Source: Eledone cirrhosa (Eukaryota). From it: 64,000 bases of DNA. The translations under genes were made by a program, and so were the position numbers. The DNA lies in assembly GCA_964016885.1 (NCBI GenBank), contig OZ024741.1, positions 2,418,001 through 2,482,000 of the forward strand, given 5' to 3'. Below, piece after piece: positions 60,580 through 64,000 of this stretch. Position 1 is the first letter of the stretch. Each line of letters opens with the position of its first letter. The notes under the pieces are model-generated. The model searched no databases. It was not told the origin of the DNA and worked only from the letters and a program-made list of their open reading frames with translations.

Positions 60580-62872
60580 ATTTTCTTTTTATTTGCCACC
60601 AGGGCATCAAAAAGTGGGACAAGTACAATGGGGGAGTTTACATAACAAGGCGTCCTCAATAAGGAGGAGGCAATAACAAAATATAAAAATAAAATACAAC
60701 ATAACAAAATAAATTTTATAACAAAATCCTCAATAGGGAGGAGGCGCCATGGGGGGTCGCACGCACCCCCGAAAAAAGTGTGCAACCCTTCTCCTCAGGA
60801 GCACAGAGAGGGGGTGCTCCCTTGATATTTCATCTTCCTCACCTATAGTCTGATGTAGAGTGAAGGCCCATTCACACGGGCCATTCTCGCCACTTTCACC
60901 CACCTTTCATAAAAACGACTGGGGTGCAGCACCTCTCTCTCCATCCTGATCCTTCTTCCGAAATAATATCGGAAGAAACGGACCAGTTGTTGGCCAGAGA
61001 GAAAGGTGTCTGACCTCAGTCCTTTCAGACGCGTCCACCATACAACCTCTTTCGCCATGGCTATTACGCACAGAAACACCGCCTCTCCTTCGTTTTTGAA
61101 GAGGGGAGGTGGCTTGATCGTTACAATAGACTCGGTGGTCAACCGGATCGGTCCCACCCTTGACAGCAGTTGTGCGACATAGCCCCACAGATCGGCAATG
61201 CCCGAGCAGTGTACCAATGCGTGTGCAACGGTTTTCTCGTCGCACACGCATCTGGGACAGATCTTTTTCGAGGGGTCCCTACTCGGGCGCCCGTGTCTGT
61301 AGAGCCTTTCTCGAACGGGCAGAGCCCTTCTGTAGCACTGCCAGGCCGGGGACCTCTGGAAGTTATCCATGGGTCCCGGGCTGAATGTCCTACCAAACAG
61401 GTTGTCCAGTTCGTCTTCTTCCATGCCTAGGGCTTCTCCGAGGGCGTCGTCGCACCTGCTAACCACCAGCCCTCTATAGAATGACGAAGTGGATTCTCCA
61501 CTGACAGCCGGGTCCGCCTGCCAGAGAGCTGTGAGCGCCTGGGCACACTCGGTGTGCTAGGCGCCCAGTTTTCTCGGTCTTTGCTTGACCCAGGATTGCA
61601 GCTCGGTGAGTGAGACGAGTCTGGGAAAGGCTCGCCTCACAAACGGGGCCCACACCGTTTGACCGGTGAGGAATACCTGGAGGTGCCGTAGCCTTATTGC
61701 GTGTTTACGTATCATTAGCCACGGCATCCCCAGCCCTCCTTTCGAAGAGTGTTGACAGCAGATGGATATCCTCACCAAAGGAGCCCGCTTCTTCCAAAGG
61801 AATTGGAAGAGTGCGCACTCGATTTTGGCGAACGTTTCCCTTGGGCAAGGCACAACGGTCAAGCGGTAGTAGATGACGGACGCTATATAAGTGTTCGCCA
61901 CCTACGCCCGACCTTTCAGGGACAGTTTGCACTCAGCCCACTTCTGGGTCAGTGCAAACACCCTGTTCGTTACCTCACCCCAGTTCTTCTCCACCTAGAG
62001 GTGTGGTCCGAACCAGAACCCGAGCAACTTCACCGGGCCCTCCGTCCAGCGCCCGACGACGCCATCGGAGTGCATCGATCTGCCCCTCTACGTGCCGAGT
62101 TGCAGACCGATCGACTTGTCCCGGTTCAGCTTAGCCCCTGTAAACCTTTCGTACTCCTCCAGTAAGGTGCCGATCTCCCCGATTTCCGAGGCAGTCGACA
62201 CCATTACTGTTACGTCGTCGGCGTAGGCCGACACCGCTTTCCGCAATCCCGGTTCCAACGGGATGCCCTGCAACAACTCCAACTTCCTCAGCAGTGGCTC
62301 TAGAATCATTACATACAGAAGGGAGGAGAGAGGGCACCCTTGTCGGATGGACCGCGCGATTTCAAACGGCTCCGAGAGGTAGCCCGTTCACCTTGACCCT
62401 AGAGCAGATGCGGCTGCTGTGCATGGCATTGATCCAGCCCCTGAAAACGGGTCCGAAGCCTGCCGCCGCTAGCACCGCATCCAGGTAACCATGGTCGACC
62501 CTATCGAACGCCTTAGATTGATCCAAGTTGATCAGGGCCCCACCAAAGCCGGGTTCGTTCCCAACCCTCTCTATGATGTATCGCATGAGGTGGAGGTTGT
62601 CGTGGATGGACCTAGACGGGATAGCACATGTCTGCGCATCTCCCACCAGGTTGCCCACGACAAGCGCCAACCTCTTTGCTAGCACCTTGGCCAAAATCTG
62701 TAACTCTGTATTTAGCAGAGTTATGGGCCTGAAATTATTTATATCGTCCCCCTTGTTTTCGTCCTTCCTCACTAGCGTGACTACGCCCTTGGTCACAGCA
62801 CAGGGAATTCTCCCGTTCTGTTGCTAGTTGCAGTAGACCGCCTCGAGGAGATCGGGGAACAAGTCCGGCATA
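60580..62872 (-). mobile_element. 5'-truncated, frameshifted Tx1 LINE in (GGTA)n
   Basis: NFRPITLLN, DQSKAFDRVDH, AYADD and CPRC..H..C across ORFs 62796 to 60843. Confidence 0.92.
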
Positions 62873-62889
62873 ACTAGATATAGTTCGTA

Positions 62890-63930
62890 TGGTAGGTAGG
62901 GAGATAGGTAGGTTGGTAGGTAGGTAGGTAGGTAGGTAGGTAGGTAGGGAGATAGGTAGGTAGGTAGGTAGGTAGGTAGGTAGGTAGGTAGGTAGGTAGG
63001 GAGATAGGTAGGTTGGTAGGTAGATAGGTAGGTAGGTAGGTAGGTAGGTAGGGAGATAGGTAGGTAGGTAGGTAGGTAGGTAGGTAGGTAGGTAGGTAGG
63101 TAGGGAGATAGGTAGGTAGGTAGGTAGGTAGGTATGTATGTATGTAAGTAGGTAGGTAGGTATGTAGGTAGGTAGGTAGGTAGGTAGGTAGGTAGGTAGG
63201 TAGGTAGGTAGGTAGGTAGGTAGGTAGGTATGTAGGTACGTAGGTAGGTAGGTAGGGAGGTAGGTAGGGAGGTAGGGAGGTAGGAAGGTAGGTAGGTAGG
63301 TAGGGAGGTAGGTAAGTAGGTAGGTAGGTAGGTAGATAGGTAGGTAGGGAGGTAGGGAGGTAGGTAGGTAGGTAGGGAGGTAGGGAGGTAGGTAAATAGG
63401 TAGGTAGGTAGGTAGGGAGGTGTGTAGGTAAGTAGATAGGTAGGTAGGGAGGTAGGGAGGGAGGGAGGTAGGTAGGTAGGTAGGGAGGTAGGTAGGAAGG
63501 GAGATAGGTAGGTAGGTAGGTAGGTAGGTAGGTAGGTAGGTAGGTAGGTAGGTGGGTAGGTAGGTAGGTAGGTAGGTAGGTAGGTAGGTAGGTAAGTAGG
63601 TAGGTAGGTAGGTAGGTAGGTAGGGAGGTAGGTAGGAAGGGAGATAGGTAGGTAGGTAGGTAGGTAGGTAGGTAGGTAGGTAGGTAGGTAGGTAGGTAGG
63701 TAGGGAGGTAGGTAGGAAGGGAGATAGGTAGGTAGGTAGGTAGGGAGGTAGGTAGGTAGGTAGGTAGGGAGGTAGGTAGGAAGGGAGATAGGTAGGTAGG
63801 GAGGTAGGTAGGTAGGTAGGTAGGTAGGTAGGTAGGTAGGTAGGTAGGTAGGGAGATAGGTAGGTAGGTAGGTAGGTAGGTAGGTAGGTAGGTAGGTAGG
63901 TAGGTAGGTAGGTAGGTAGGGAGATAGGTA
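62890..63930. repeat. (GGTA)n-based array
   Basis: Direct reading. Confidence 0.95.
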
Positions 63931-64000
63931 AGGGGGTATGTAAGAGATTAAATTGAATCGTCGAGGTCATTCCCAATTTCCAACTCAGAAAATATAATGT

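Noticed and set aside
62735-63976. 413 aa PTYL-repeat ORF
   Set aside because: Translation of the (CCTA)n microsatellite

Overview
AT-rich, microsatellite-saturated eukaryotic intergenic or intronic DNA. The repeat types suggest a cephalopod such as Octopus, but this is an inference. No host protein-coding gene can be supported, and most long ORFs are translated simple repeats. Recognisable content: 5'-truncated, decayed non-LTR retrotransposons (eight Tx1/L1-clade pieces, several RTE and CR1/L2 pieces), a non-autonomous Helitron, a mariner-type MITE, a cluster of tRNA-derived SINEs and a 3.6 kb CA-rich minisatellite. The ORF track misses the main signal: about 25 minimal type-I hammerhead ribozyme motifs from roughly a dozen short non-coding families, mostly inserted in (TA)n tracts and often arranged as asymmetric fold-back palindromes. 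This matches the architecture of Penelope-like element (PLE) pseudo-LTRs or retrozyme-like units. Families with little shared sequence carry the same 3' tail hairpin (RCTC-stem-loop-stem-2 nt bulge-GAGY), which starts just where the inverted arm ends. Two families show a compensatory U3:A8 ribozyme core and a different tail motif. Several fold-back junctions fall on ribozyme helices, and one falls on the predicted cleavage site. All structures were folded by eye and boundaries are approximate.
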